64,000 nt of DNA from Octopus vulgaris (lineage: Eukaryota). The number at the start of each line of letters is the position of its first letter. Positions within the stretch are counted from its first letter, which is position 1. The notes beneath the pieces are model-generated. The model had not been told where the DNA came from and ran no database searches. It worked only from the letters and a program-made list of their open reading frames with translations. A program made the position numbers and the translations under genes. The stretch covers positions 18,166,001 through 18,230,000 of the forward strand of contig OX597825.1 of NCBI GenBank assembly GCA_951406725.2, read 5' to 3'. Shown piece after piece: positions 13,325-28,792 of this stretch.

Positions 13325-15310
13325 CTGCGAAGTGAGTTGAAATCTAATTAGTGTTGAATTTTATATTTTGTGGTTCTGGTTTTGATATAAAGAAAACTAG
13401 TGTGATTTAATTGATTGTTTTACCACCTTCAGTGTTGATCTCATGTCAAGAAATCATTACCATCATACTTGAAACCCGAGAAGAGAAACGAAAATATAGC
13501 GTGAAAAATACGAAAGTGAAAGTAAACGAAGAAACCAAAACAATCATGACAACCTGAAAACTCAGAAGAACAGAGTACAGATAAATTTAGGAAGAAATAA
13601 TGCTAGTAAAAAGTAGAGACTGGTGGCTTAATGTTCCTATTTTCTCAAGTATTATAGATAAATTCAAGTCAGTATTTAATGACGAGGAAAAGAATTACAT
13701 TTATAACTTGGCCGTCCAAATAAAACCGTAGCAGCGCAACACCTTTATGAAAATAGAAATGTTGGTATTTTAGGACAGATCAAATCATACAGTAAACTAT
13801 CGATTTTCACTATTTATCCTTATTTAATTCTAAATATATAGTAATGTCGCTTTTTAAAACTACTGTTCAATAAACCAACCCTGAACCAAAACGAATAAAA
13901 TTAAATAACATAATCAAATATACGGAGATACCTTTCATTCATCAGTATAAGCTGTGTCCTGCAGGCATCTAATGCAATTCTCTTTGATTTCCTGACATGT
14001 TACTAGTGAAATGAAACTGCTTATTTTCTGAAAATAGGGTCTCTAAACATCAGTAAGTCTATCTTAATTTTAGAGAGCTTATATACAATGAATCAAAACT
14101 TCTTGAAACTGTATATGACTCTTCATTTCTGTTAATTTTATTTTATTTTCTTCTCCTGTTTGTCTGTTTTCAACAAATAATACTTGAATGTTACTAACAT
14201 GTCCAACTTTCAAATTAGAATATTTTCTGCAGTCAAAGTTGAAAATACGAGCCTCAACAGTCAATTAGAGACAGTATAGTTAACACTTAAATTATCCCCA
14301 GTGTATGAGTGGTTGCCTTAATTAGGTCCGAGACAAAATGGTCGAATAGATATTATAGCTATGTTGCTTTCATTTTCGAACTCTAAAGTTAGTTGTTATT
14401 TATACCAAATCGAGTTGATAATTACTGAGTGACAATTGATTATCATTTCCATTATAGAACTGCTGTGTTTACATATTTTCATTAAGTATTATCACACTAA
14501 ATTCTGTAGCTAGATAAGGAAAGCAGGTCTTTCCCCTAGTGATGGGTTATGAACAATGAAAATAAACGCCGATTATATAAGTATAGTGTTAAGGAGACCA
14601 TATCATTGGAAGAACCACGTCTTACGAAGTCATGTCATTCTGGAAGCAATGAACAAATTGAGACCCTATGCTGTCGGCCAACGCATAAAGGTCACGATCA
14701 TCAAGTGATAAGCGTGAACAATATGTATTGTTCATAACCGAAAGGGAAAAAAAGGATCGTTATTGCTAAAACATGTGTGATTCTAGTTCAGTTTGATGTG
14801 TGTTAATTTCTGCTTAAACAACGAAACTAACAACAAATTAGAAGGTAGGCTGACGTGACTAAATGTTCAACACATTTTATTCCATTACTTGTCATTTCAT
14901 TGTATTAAAGTCTTGAATTACTTCAGCAATAAGTAAAAGAAACCAAATTGGTTGACACCTAGATTTTTAATGCATTTCGACATTATATGAGATTAAATTT
15001 GACAAGCATATATACAATTTTTCCCTTGCCAATTTCATTAAATTTCTATTTGGAGATTAGAGATTGTGTGTTTTCTCTTAATGAGGATGATTTTAAACTG
15101 TCAATCAAGGTCTGGTGTCGACAAAAAATATATAAACTAAAACATGTTTATATGGAGTGGGGCTGTTTAGGTGCAGGCATGACTCCAGGTTTAAGTAATT
15201 GGCTCCGGAAATACGTTGGTTTAAGGCTTAGTAATATTAAGCGGCAGACTAGGCAATGGCCCTACTATATCCTGCATCATTAATTCCATGTGACAGAATT
15301 TACTAGACAA

Positions 15311-15543
15311 GAGGCGGCGAGTTGGCAGAAATGTTAGCACGCCGAGCGAAAAGCTTTGCGGTGTTTCGTCTGTCTTTACGTTCTTGGTTCAAATTCCGCC
15401 GAGGTCGACTTTGACTTTCATCCTTTAGCGGTCGATAAATTATGGACCAGTTACGCACTGGGGTCGATTTAATCGACTTAATCCGTTTGTCTGTCCTTGT
15501 TTGTCCTCTGTGTGTTTAGCCCCTTGTGGGTAGTTAAGAAATA
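15311..15543 (+). mobile_element. SINE family A, full length
   Basis: Matches the other copies. Degenerate TSD AGAATTTACTAGACAA / AGAATTTATTAGGCAA. Confidence 0.88.
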
Positions 15544-16547
15544 GAATTTATTAGGCAAAATATGCGAAAGAACATCGTACGTGCAAGCGTATGTACGAGT
15601 GTGTATGTATTTGTGTTGTATATACCTCTCCCTTCTTCATAAGAAGATTTGTTTTGCTTACTTCCTAGTGACCTGGAGATTGGCGAAATGAGACGATTGT
15701 AAAGGTACTAGATTTTAGAAAAACATTTGAGCCGGGTTCATCGACTTAGCCCCATCAAGGAATAGTCTTTGCTATGCTGCTCATCTTCGACGATAAAACA
15801 AACACACACACAACACAACAGACAGACACAGATTTAACTCATAATTGCTCCAAATAAGTAATACCTTTTAAACCGTGTCACTTCCCTTTCGCTCTACACC
15901 CCGCGGGCTAAGGAAAAAACTATCTCGTCTCCTAAGCTTTAAATGAAAATTTTTTTTTTCTGTCTCAAACTCACGAATATTTGGCAAATTTTGGTTATAC
16001 ATGCATAGAACAATCTATATGAGCCTGTATAGCTACTTAAATTGAAATACATTCAATCACTTTTCTATGAACAATGGATATTTTTCTTCCACAATTCTTC
16101 ATTCTCTCATTTACACTTCCCTGCCTCCATCTTTCCCCGACCCTCGCTGGGCTTTCCTGTTTTCGTTATACGAATTGAATGTGAATTTTCTTTAAGTTGC
16201 ATTATTTGTATGAGCTACTTCTGCTTAGATTATTTTGATTTACTTTTATTTTTATGTTCTATCTAAGCCAGGTAAATCAACTTTGATTGCTCTCCATGGC
16301 TCTGCAAGGTCATAAGTTAGTACAAGGCAGCTTCTTAATAGTACGACTTTGCATTTATCGAACAAAAGTTGATTCACAAAAGCCACCATCTGCCAAAATA
16401 CTCTCGCGGTAATAGTGGCAATAATAATTGTTTTCCTCTTCAGAATATCAATAAAATGTACACACAAGAAAATTTTATAAGTATTTTTCTGTCTCCACGC
16501 ATAAATTTATCTGTGTCTAGAAAAATCAATCAACCTATTTATTTGTC

Positions 16548-16856
<309 letters not shown>

Positions 16857-17071
16857 GTCTCTCTCTCTTTGTCTGTCTATCTATTTATCTATGTATATGT
16901 GTGTCTGTCTATCTGTCGACTTATCTACGCATTTAATTCTCTATAAACATCAATACCTATCTACGTTCCTATCTATCAATCTAACAATCTGTATCTGAAG
17001 ACATGTAAGGATACATAAATTTTCTACACACACATACACACACAAAGAAAGAAACACACACGTATGTATAT

Positions 17072-17116
<45 letters not shown>

Positions 17117-17148
17117 CATATATACTTATATATACATATATATATGTT

Positions 17149-17294
<146 letters not shown>

Positions 17295-18011
17295 CATATA
17301 TATACAGGTAAATATGTACGTATTTAGGTCTGTTTGTATGTATGCTTCTATTCTATGTGGCTCACTATTCTTCTATATCACGCTGCTACTCGAACATGTT
17401 TTCCTACATAATGCACGTATATGTATGTACTGTTTTTATGTTTTCATACATTCTTAAGATACATGGTTGTGCGTATGATCGTGTGTCCGCTTACCTATAT
17501 GCATAAATGTGTGTATGAAGGTCTGTGAAAGTATGTGTGTGTATGTGTGTACAGGTGTGTGTGGGTGTATGTTGATACATGAGCTTAAACTGAATTATTG
17601 TTCACGAAGGAGAAATAATTTCCTGTGGTAAAGCAGCTAATGTATTAAAAACATGGCAGAAAATAACAAAAGAAAGAAACGGCAATATTATCAATAACAG
17701 AATAAATAGCCAATGAATTTATAATTAATTGAACGAATACTTCCATATAAAAAGATTCATAGGTAAGATCTTTGCAATTCAACCTTGCTGTTTAGGCATG
17801 ACCTACTTGTTTTCTGTCGCACCAATGTATGTATATGTGCAAGTGTGTTTGTATACATGCATATATACTTGCACAAACACACACCCATACACACACACAC
17901 AGATATAGGTTTATGTGTGCATATAAAGTAAGTGACAGAGATAAACAGGCACAGATAGATGGTGATCAGATAAATTGATTTACACAGACAGATTCATAGA
18001 TAGATAGATAT

Positions 18012-18151
<140 letters not shown>

Positions 18152-18718
18152 GTAGCGCTAAGTACAAACCTGTACAAATAAAATAAAATAAAATAAAAAC
18201 TTGTTACTAGTTCAAATATGTTTGTGACGTATACGAACCAGTGAGGCAGCCGTTTACATAGTTTTGCCAGAAGGAAAACTTCACATGTTTTTCTCTAGCG
18301 AGAAGTTATCTTCATGACGGAATGCATTGGGTGGCTTTCTTATCTGTTCCAATATAACTCTGTCATATGTGAAGCAGTCACAAATTTATATTAGACAGAT
18401 TGAAGAAAATTATAGTTAGATAGGTAGTCAGATAGATGTAGATATATAGACAGACACTAAGCTATGCGCGCGGATACGCAAACACACATGCACTCACACA
18501 CTCACACATGCACTCACACATAAATTACCAAGATGTAGCCCGGTGGGATTGAACACGAAGCCAAGTAGTTGGGAAGGAAAATTCGTACCACGCAGCCACC
18601 CTTCTGGCAATATATATGTGTGTGTGTGTATGTGTTAGTGTGCGTGTGTGTGTGTGTGCCCGTTCACACACATACACATATGCAAGTGTGTTTGCATATA
18701 TACTTATATATATGTATA

Positions 18719-18760
<42 letters not shown>

Positions 18761-19252
18761 CATACGTACATATCTTACTAATGCTAAATCTCTTGATGTT
18801 TGTCTGTACCCGAAACATCTCAGAAATAGTATATTTCATCTTAATATTGTTGCACACTTATATTCATACTTACCTGCGGCAGTGCAGTACAAACTTTTGT
18901 GATACTTGGGACTCTATTTATTAATGAAAACGATTAAACACAATTTTTGTTTGGTATTTCTTGACGAAAAAATAAATGTGGCCTCCGTGAAGTCAGCACA
19001 CACACAAACAGAGTACATCCACCTCTAATGAATGGAATGGCGTATCAATCAGCACAAACACACAGTCTTCGCGCACTCTAAGAAAAAAAAAAGGTCGACA
19101 TTTTGACGTACGCAATATTTTAATTATTTCGAAATATTTTTTACTGAATGTGATTTCGAAAATGTAAGTTGATTATACAGTAAGTATTTATATTTTACCT
19201 TTCTTTAAACTGACAATATGTAAAAGTTTTTTCCTCAATTTTGAAGTGAATG

Positions 19253-19729
19253 GCGATCTTTCACTTTTACTCTCAGAAATGTCATCTGTGGCTCGTTAAT
19301 TTCCGTAAAAAAATTTTTATTTATTTACTTATGTTTTAAAATGAGAGAAGAAATTGAAAGAAGTATGAACGTGTATATGAAATGAATGTGTGTGAAAGAG
19401 AGAGGGAAATGAAGTGAGAGAGGGGAAGGGATAGAGAAAAGGAGACAGAAAGTGAGTGAAAGGATGTGTTGTCATGAATGAATTCATCTTTCTTCTATGT
19501 GTGTGTGTGAGAGAGAGATAGAGAGAGTGAGTGTATGTTCTCTCGCTCTAATATACGCGTCTATTCCATATACAAGTTCATACATTTTTCACATTCTCCT
19601 CTCTTTCACTTTAAAAGAAAAGTAAATAAATAAAACATTTTTTACGGAAATTAACGAACATAACCAGCTGATCCAGATGTCAGTTCTTAGAGTTAAAGCA
19701 CAGTTCTGAGAGTCAAGGCGAAAGATCGC
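19253..19729. repeat. Degenerate inverted repeat, MITE/foldback-like
   Basis: GCGATCTTTCA...CGTTAATTTCCGTAAAAAA...TTTATTTATTTACTT (19253-19385) is inverted at about 19562-19729. Confidence 0.6.
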
Positions 19730-20045
19730 ACCGATTATAACATTACGAATTTTTTTTCGAGTGCATTTAACGTATTTCATGCTCGAAAGGTGTGGCTGCA
19801 TTTTCTACAACGCCGTGCTACCACATAAAATGTATTTACGATAAAGGGGCGGTAATAGCTGTAAAGTGCAAGAAATATTTCCTGTTACGTTTACTCGTGA
19901 TTTCGATGTCACATTCCTTGAAAGCATGTGAAATAAACTTGAAGAGAAAAAAAAAACACCACGAAACAAAACTCCGTTGCTGGGAAACACATACTTCCCT
20001 GGTGATCCAACAGGTATATATATATATATATTTATATGAATATAT

Positions 20046-20153
<108 letters not shown>

Positions 20154-20164
20154 CATATATATAC

Positions 20165-20437
<273 letters not shown>

Positions 20438-21106
20438 TTGTATGTATGTGTGTGTGTGTGTGTGTGTATGAACGTCCCCGCACACATACACGTATGAGTG
20501 TATTCTCCGTTTTGTCACACAGTAAATTCCTCAAAACATCTATCAATGCTTTTAGGACTTCCTGTTCTCATTTTCTGGATGAAGTTTTGAGTTGATTGTC
20601 GTTGCTTTTATATGATAAAAGGGGTAATAGAATTGATGTATGAGTCTGGCAAATGAAATTTCAACCGATAAATTTTGGGGTGGGAGAGCTAAAGTTACTT
20701 AGATGTTGCTTGTACTCTGATATAGCTATGAATTCAATCATTGATTATTTAAATGTAAAAGGAATTGTGCATATTGTAAATTCGTTATTTGCTAATAATT
20801 TCCTGTCTGGCTATATTTTGTGAGACGTGGTGTAATGTATTGCATATTTACAAGAAGTGTATCTAATTCGGAAACGCAGAAACAAAAGCACGTGAACACA
20901 CACACTAACACGCACACAGACTCATATACACACACACGCGCACACATGTTTGCGTATATGGAAGTATATATAAGTATGCATATTGGTATGAATATCTATA
21001 TATATATATATGGAGAGAGATACACGTACATAGACAGAGAGAAAGAGAAAGATGTATGCGTATATCTATCTATCTACCTATCTATTTATCTATCTATCTA
21101 TCTATC

Positions 21107-21171
<65 letters not shown>

Positions 21172-21949
21172 AATATATATGTATTTATGTATGTATGTAA
21201 GTACGAATACATGCTTGTATAAGTGTATATGTGTTGTCTTCTATTTGACTGACGTTCAGCAAAGTGCAGGTATGGTTATTTCTCTATATGTATATATTCA
21301 TGTCATGCAAGTACACATATACACGTATACACTCACATATTTTTACGCATCTGACATTTAAGCACATTTCACAATGATGAGAGAGAGAAAAGTGTGGGGG
21401 GGGAGACACTGATAAAATTGTGATGGGGAGAAGAGTAACACTAACAGGTGCTAATTATGACACAGAATGGCGAGTGTGAGACTGAATGTGATCCATCGAT
21501 TATTCTCTCCATGAATATAATCGGAGTAGGTAGGTAGATAGATAATGATGAGTTGTGACTCGGTGCATATAATTAGGTTTGACAATGATAATACTGCAGC
21601 GAACAATCTGCAATTGCCTTCATCAATATTTCAAACGCTTGTCTACATTGAATTTCTCCATCGAAATTCCGTCTGGCTCTCCATTGACGTATAAGTCCTC
21701 CGAATATGTCTCATTTATATATTTATCTTGTGGAATGTGTAAAATTGCATGTGTCTATCTCCGTTCTATTTCTGAACACTCTAAGTCTTATTCATTATAT
21801 ATATATATTCATACATATACATATACATATACATACATATAAAATATAGACCTATAGACACAGACACACACATATTCAGAAGTATGTATATGTATATACA
21901 TATATATATATATACACATATATATATATGTATGTATGTATATACTTAT

Positions 21950-22125
21950 ATGAAAGTCCCCGCGTTTCTCTCCTTGCTTTTTCTGTGTACCTTTCTGTAG
22001 AAGAGCGTAGGCTCAAAACGTAAAAGACTTTTTCTATTCCTGAGCGTTATACTAATACATCTGTTTGTGTTGGACACCACCTGTCTTCGTCTTTTGTTGG
22101 TTTTTTTTTCGTAAACTCTCCCTAT
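21950..22125 (+). mobile_element. Short HHR-bearing PLE-derived element (family H1) in TA-rich microsatellite
   Basis: Shares HHR and the downstream CTGAGCG-T/CC-ATACTAATACA...CACCTG-CTTCG tail with 47328-47546 and 61411-61567. Confidence 0.75.
21991..22026 (+). ncRNA. Hammerhead-like motif, probably inactivated (G12A)
   Basis: CTTT CTGTAGA A GAGC-gtag-GCTC AAAA CGT A AAAG. GAAA is mutated to AAAA. Confidence 0.55.
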
Positions 22126-22671
22126 ATATGTATATAAGAAGGGGTGCTGAAAAATATAATTAGTCATGTGTATATATATCAAGTCACGTGGCTATATGGT
22201 TACATTATTCGCGAGTTCGATACCCAGCTGCTCATTGTCTCAATTATGAGCATATCTTACTTAACGGTGAATCATTCCACTGTGATTGAGAAAGTCGGTG
22301 GTACCTGTAAGTCAAAGGGCTGTCCTTTTTATATTCTCTATCACGTTCGTTTCCACTAAGAGCAATGTAGAAGGTACGCGTGCCTCGAGAGATCTCAGCC
22401 AGTTGTACATTAATTTCTTGAGACAAACGTTCCGTTGATCGGATCAACTGGGAACCACGTCATAGTAACCGACAGGAAGGCAGGCCACATGCATATGTAT
22501 GTATGTATGTACGTATGCATCGTTTGTGAAGCATCATTTTTTCGAACAATCGTTATTCTGCCTCATACGACTATTGTCTTTGTCCTAATGAAAGGATGAT
22601 ATCCGAAACATCAATAATTTTCCGCTTCTTTTTAAGCATTAAACTTATTAAAATTGTTAAATCATTATTAA

Positions 22672-22750
<79 letters not shown>

Positions 22751-22754
<4 letters not shown>

Positions 22755-22955
22755 CCGTTGGCGTGTACCGTTGGCGATTTTTTCCTCCGTCTTCCCTTCT
22801 TTGGATCTTTCCTTTTCCTATGTTTCTGACGAAGAGTCCGCTCGAAACGTTAAACCCTCCTTCTTTCCTTTCCTGAGCGTCCAATAATACTATACTTGTT
22901 CCACGTCCTCGCGTTGTTGTGTTTTCTCTTTGTGTTTTCATGTTTGGATTAATTA
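22751..22955 (+). mobile_element. Short HHR-bearing PLE-derived element (related family H2) between (TA)n tracts
   Basis: Canonical minimal HHR followed by TTCCTGAGCG and a pyrimidine/GT-rich tail similar in layout to H1. Confidence 0.72.
22822..22855 (+). ncRNA. Ultra-minimal type I hammerhead ribozyme
   Basis: GTTT CTGACGA A GAG-tccg-CTC GAAA CGT T AAAC: canonical core, 3-bp stem II, ACGT palindrome as stem III, stem I GTTT/AAAC. Confidence 0.75.
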
Positions 22956-22971
22956 TATATATATTAATATA

Positions 22972-23466
22972 ATGATAAATCTCAGAGCGAGTTATAAACA
23001 GTAGCGGCAACACATCGTGACGTATATTTGCCATTTGAATATGGCTAACCCCTAAGGGTGGATGCTACTGTAGTTTGTAGCCCCAGGAAGACACCTCCTC
23101 CAGCTGGCTATAGACACACTTTCTGTGCCCTATCAGTATTTGTGAAGGGAAGCCATCCTTCCCGTCTTCAACTTATGATACACACGGACTCGATATTGGA
23201 AAAAGTATATGTATTTGTGAGGGGAACTGACTTCTCGTCGACAACTATGATTGTCATACGCCGATGATAGGTCAATACCTTGAAACTCGAGTCCGTGTGT
23301 ATCATAAGTTGAAGACGGGAAGGATGGCTTCCCTTCACAAATACTGATAGGGCACAGAAAGTGTGTCTATAGCCAGCTGGAGGAGGTGTCTTCATGGGGC
23401 TACAAACTATAGTAGCATCCACCCTTTGGGGTTAGCCATATTCAAATGGCAAATATACGTCATGAT
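22972..23466. mobile_element. Head-to-head inverted PLE pseudo-LTR-like element with HHR
   Basis: 180-bp near-identical inverted repeat 23014-23193 / 23287-23466. The HHR spans the spacer and the start of the right arm. ATATATTAATATA occurs on both flanks. Confidence 0.8.
23243..23310 (+). ncRNA. Minimal type I hammerhead ribozyme (U4C core variant)
   Basis: Stem I CATACG/CGTGTG, extended by ATGAT/ATCAT and AACT/AGTT. Core CCGATGA 23261-23267. Stem II AGGT-caat-ACCT. GAAA 23282-23285. Palindromic stem III ACTCGAGT. GUC cut site at 23293. Confidence 0.8.
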
Positions 23467-25295
23467 ATATTAATATATTTATGTGTATAAAATTCATTAG
23501 AATAATTAATACACTGTGTGATTTAGATCTTGAATCATTGAATTATGTATATTTTAAATGTAATCCATTATTCAGTATTCATTTGCTTCTGCTAAAGTTT
23601 TCTCCTAATGTTTATAAGCGCAATAATTTATGCCTGAAGCAAGTGAAATAGCTTCAGGTGTAACCGAAACAGAACTGCCGTAAATATGAATTCCACAATT
23701 AGCAAATACTAGGATCATTTTTTATCCTATACACAGTATAACATTTAAACTATAATCCATCATCCAACAGTAAATCTCCATTGCATTCGGAGATATTAAA
23801 TGCATAGAAAGTGACGTAACTTTCCCCGTTTCCATATTTCCAGATGATTACCGTCCCCATGTTTTCAATATCGTCCTTGTGTTTTATTATTGATATTGCT
23901 CAACCAACCAACCACCTCGAAATATTCGGAATCATTACTAAGAAAATAATACCGATTTTTATGAGAAAAAAAAAGGCATATATGTTTATCTTGAATGATT
24001 TGAATCAACTTTTATATAATCAAATGAACGGGTTTAAATGTTGAAATTTTGCTTTTTAACTTGTTTTCTTTTTTTTAAGTTTGATGTGATTTGGTTCCAT
24101 ATATAACGCAGTTGCCGAAGTCCTTGAGCATGACTTGCCAATGAAATAATGGTCCTATATTATTGCGTCATGCCTTTTTATTTTTTTCATAATTTTATTT
24201 TATTTTTCTTCTGAAGACGAAAGCAATAGGAAAATAACATAGGAGGAATTTTCTTTTACGTTTAAATAAATTATACAAGTTGCAAAAGAAAGACAGACAT
24301 TAAATTCATTGAAGCATGAATTTTGTTAATGGTATTTAAAATAGATGACAGTGTCAATAAGGCTCTTAGACTAGTCAAGTAGAAAGGTAACTTCGAGTAC
24401 CTGCTCATTTTCCAATATTAAAAACCTTTACCTTAAGGGATTTTTTTACGCAATAGGAAATATTTAAAGGAGACATATTCAAATTCTTACAGTTGTAAAT
24501 ACTGTTGTTGTTATTTTTATTCGTATTATTTATCATTATTATTATTGATGTTGTTGTTGTTGTTGTTATCACTATCAGCATTATATTCCGATAGTAGTGT
24601 AATAGTAAATATATACATATTATTATTTTTTTTTCGACATCGACATTTGAAAATAGTAAAAACATGGTTTTCTTTCTCTTGCATCCGATAGCTACCCAGA
24701 TATGCGGAACGTGAAGAATATGACAAGTTACTCCGATATTAACAGAATATGTGGCATGGATTGTCATAAGATTTGCATCACATTCTTGCCGGCCAACCGA
24801 CTGTAGAAAAACTTATCAAATCGAGTTTGAAATTCTATTGACAGTATTCTAGGATGGCATGCTTAAATGACCAGCTGTACAAGTAGTCTTCTCTTACTTA
24901 ATTCTATAAAAGCCGCTCTGTTGCCATTAAAAGAACCATCATTCGGTAGTAACAATAACAACAGCGCTACAAAAGCAACAATAACAACAACAACAAAAGC
25001 AACAACGATAACAACAACAACAACAAAAGCAACAAATAACAACAATTGTAATAACGAATCAATATTCGCCTTTCACTGACAACACTTTGCACACGTAAGG
25101 TTTGGGAAAACAAGAAACACAAATATTATTATGTGAAGCTATATTGCCAACCATAACATTCTCAAGAACGGACAATGCTGTCCATAACTGGAGATATTTC
25201 TATTGATTTTATCATTCGATCACTAAAGCATCTTCGATACCATTTAACAAAGTACTTCAAAGGAAAACATTAATACTGATTACATAATTTCATAG

Positions 25296-25331
<36 letters not shown>

Positions 25332-25332
25332 G

Positions 25333-25378
<46 letters not shown>

Positions 25379-25637
25379 GATCTCCCTATCTCGCTCACTA
25401 ATCCGCTATAAATATGTATATATGTGTTTGTGTGTGTGTGTGTGTGTATTTATATATATATGCACATACATATATACACAATGAGGGAGAGACACAGAAC
25501 AGGGTAGATAGAAAATAAGAAAGAGACACATATATATATATATATATAGTGATAGATAGATACATAAATAGATAGATTGATAGACAGATAAACAGACAGA
25601 CAGATAGACAGGCATATATATATATATATATATATAT

Positions 25638-25722
<85 letters not shown>

Positions 25723-25750
25723 CAGATAAACAGACAGACAGATAAACAGG

Positions 25751-25848
<98 letters not shown>

Positions 25849-26205
25849 CAATTATGTATATGAATACATATTCTCCATGAGCCTATGTATGCCGATAAAC
25901 AGACTCACATGTTAACAGAGAATAGCAGCCAAATGGAAAGACGGTTAGACAGTCATACAGACAGATAAATAGGTAAATAGATAGAAAGATAAATACACGG
26001 AAAGGAACACAGGCAGACTGATAGAGAGAGATATAGATAGATATATATAGAGAGATTTTTATACTTTCACTTTCCATGTAATGTAATCACACATTAACTT
26101 ATTTCATATATATATATATATATGCATACATGCATACATAAATACTTACATCTATACATACATGCGCACATGAAAATATGAACAGTTTGGTTTGGAGGTT
26201 CTTAC

Positions 26206-26365
26206 AGTGTATTGCCCCATATATTTTGCCTGGACAGAAATAATGAATGTACTTAACTAATGAGATCGAATCATTATATCCAAATCCCAGAAATCGGTCG
26301 TTTTTTACGCTAGCATGGAGCACCATCACAGAATTAGGACATTTTGGACACGTGGTGAGCTCCAG
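26206..26365 (-). other. Candidate exon of a minus-strand transcript
   Basis: TTCAG| acceptor and |GTAAGA donor. One frame is open throughout (LELTTCPKCPNSV...GKIYGAIH), in non-repetitive sequence. Confidence 0.3.
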
Positions 26366-26684
26366 CTGAATTTATACAATTTATACAATTAAGGGGGAGA
26401 TAATCTCTCCTAGATTAAAACTAAGTCGAGGTATTTACATCAAAGACTAAAGAACATAGACAATATCATTTTTCTTAATGTAAAGAACTCATAGGATTTA
26501 ATCATTTGGTAGCGATGTATATCTCATACAACGCTGACATGTTATCTTATCACTATTTAATTAAAGAACCCCACGAAATTTCGTAATCGTGTTGCCGTAT
26601 ATTGCTTTGTTTTCTTTTGTAATAATATCAGACAGATAACTAAGTTTACAGCACTTCGAAGTACCAAGGTTGAAATGTGCGTGT

Positions 26685-26747
26685 GTGTGCATATATATTT
26701 GTGTGTGTGTATATATATATATATCTATGTGTATGTGTATATATATA

Positions 26748-26789
<42 letters not shown>

Positions 26790-26799
26790 CATATATATC

Positions 26800-26840
<41 letters not shown>

Positions 26841-26905
26841 ATGTGCATATATATCTGTGTGTGTATATATATATATATATATCTATGTGTGTGTGCATAT
26901 ATATC

Positions 26906-26950
<45 letters not shown>

Positions 26951-27075
26951 ATGTGCATATATATCTGTGTGTGTGTGTATATATATATATATATCTATGT
27001 GTGTGTGTGCATATATATCTGTGTGTGTGTGTATATATATATATATGTATGTGTATATATATCTGTGTGTGTGCA
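26685..27075. repeat. Compound minisatellite built from dinucleotide tracts
   Basis: About seven recurrences of GTGCATATATATCTGTGTGTG(TA)n. Confidence 0.85.
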
Positions 27076-27642
27076 GGTATATATGTATGTTTGTACGGTT
27101 ATATGTAGATACGTGTGTGTTTGTGTGTAAGCGTATATATACATTTGTATGTATGTATAAATACGCATATATATATATATATATGTAAAGTATATGTAGT
27201 GCTGAGTACACGTAATGTCCGTATTATAATCATTTATTTGACATTAATAAATATGGTTGGCCACGATAGATTGCTATCTCTGGAGACTGGACGTTTTTAT
27301 CTACAACTTCCTTACACATCAGAGTGAGATAGTGGTGGACATAAATGCGAGGAGACACATACAAATACATACATGTATACACATACATACAAACATACAT
27401 GCATATACACATATACACACATATATATATATATATTAAGTAGTTAAAAAATGTGGTTGCGATAAATACCCTGTCTACAAAGACACGAATATATCTACAT
27501 ACTATTAGCCTGTTGAAACACACGAAATAGACACTCCTTCTATATATGTATGTATGTATGTGAGTGTGTGAGTTTGACTGAGTGTGTGTGTATATACATA
27601 TATATGTGTGTATATATATACATATGTATGTGTGTATATATA

Positions 27643-27724
<82 letters not shown>

Positions 27725-27751
27725 TATATATATATAAATGCATATATATGC

Positions 27752-27783
<32 letters not shown>

Positions 27784-27809
27784 GCATAAATACATTCATA
27801 CACACACAT

Positions 27810-28261
27810 ATGTATATATATACATATACATACATATATATATATATGTACAGTCATATTCATATATGCATGTCTGTATGTATATATGTAAGTGTGTGAA
27901 TGTATCAGTGATATAAGACAATGATGCAAGCAAGAAAGACGGAGAGAATGATAGGAGGACTAGGGAGAGAATGGTACTAAAGAGAAGGAGGAGGAAATGG
28001 AATACCATTGAAGACAGAAGAAGAACAAAATAGTAAATTATATAAAGATGAGTGAAGATGATAGTAAAAAAAAAAAAACACCTAAAAAATATAAATACGA
28101 ATGATGAGAAATGATAAAATATGGTGACGCTGGAAAATTCAGAAACCAAATACAAAAATAAAGATGAGGCAGAAAAAAAATTCGAGATGCAACAAAGTGG
28201 AATATAGAAAATATAAGATATAAGTCGATTTATGGAGATATTAAAAATAATAATAATGATG

Positions 28262-28312
<51 letters not shown>

Positions 28313-28792
28313 TATGTATATATATACATATACATACATATATATATATATGTACAGTCATATTCATATATGCATGTCTGTATGTATATATGTAAGTGTG
28401 TGAATGTATCAGTGATATATTACAGTATTAGTATGAAAAGACAATGATGCAAGCAAGAAAGACGGAGAGAATGATAGGAGGACTGGGGAGAGAATGGTAC
28501 TAAAGAGAAGGAGGAGGAAATGGAATACCATTGAAGACAGAAGAAGAAGCGGACAAAATAGTAAATTATATAAAGATGAGTGAAGATGATAGTAAAAAAA
28601 AAAAAACACCTAAAAAATATAAATACGAATGATGAGAAATGATAAAATATGGTGACGCTGGAAAATTCAGAAACCAAAAGCAAAAATAAAAATGAGGCAG
28701 AAAAAAAATTCGAGATGCAACAAAGTGGAATATAGAAAATATAAGATATAAGTCGATTTATGGAGATATTAAAAATAATAATAATGATGATG

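Noticed and set aside
24660-24950. Unique, exon-looking sequence
   Set aside because: No consistent splice pair with a recognisable frame on either strand.
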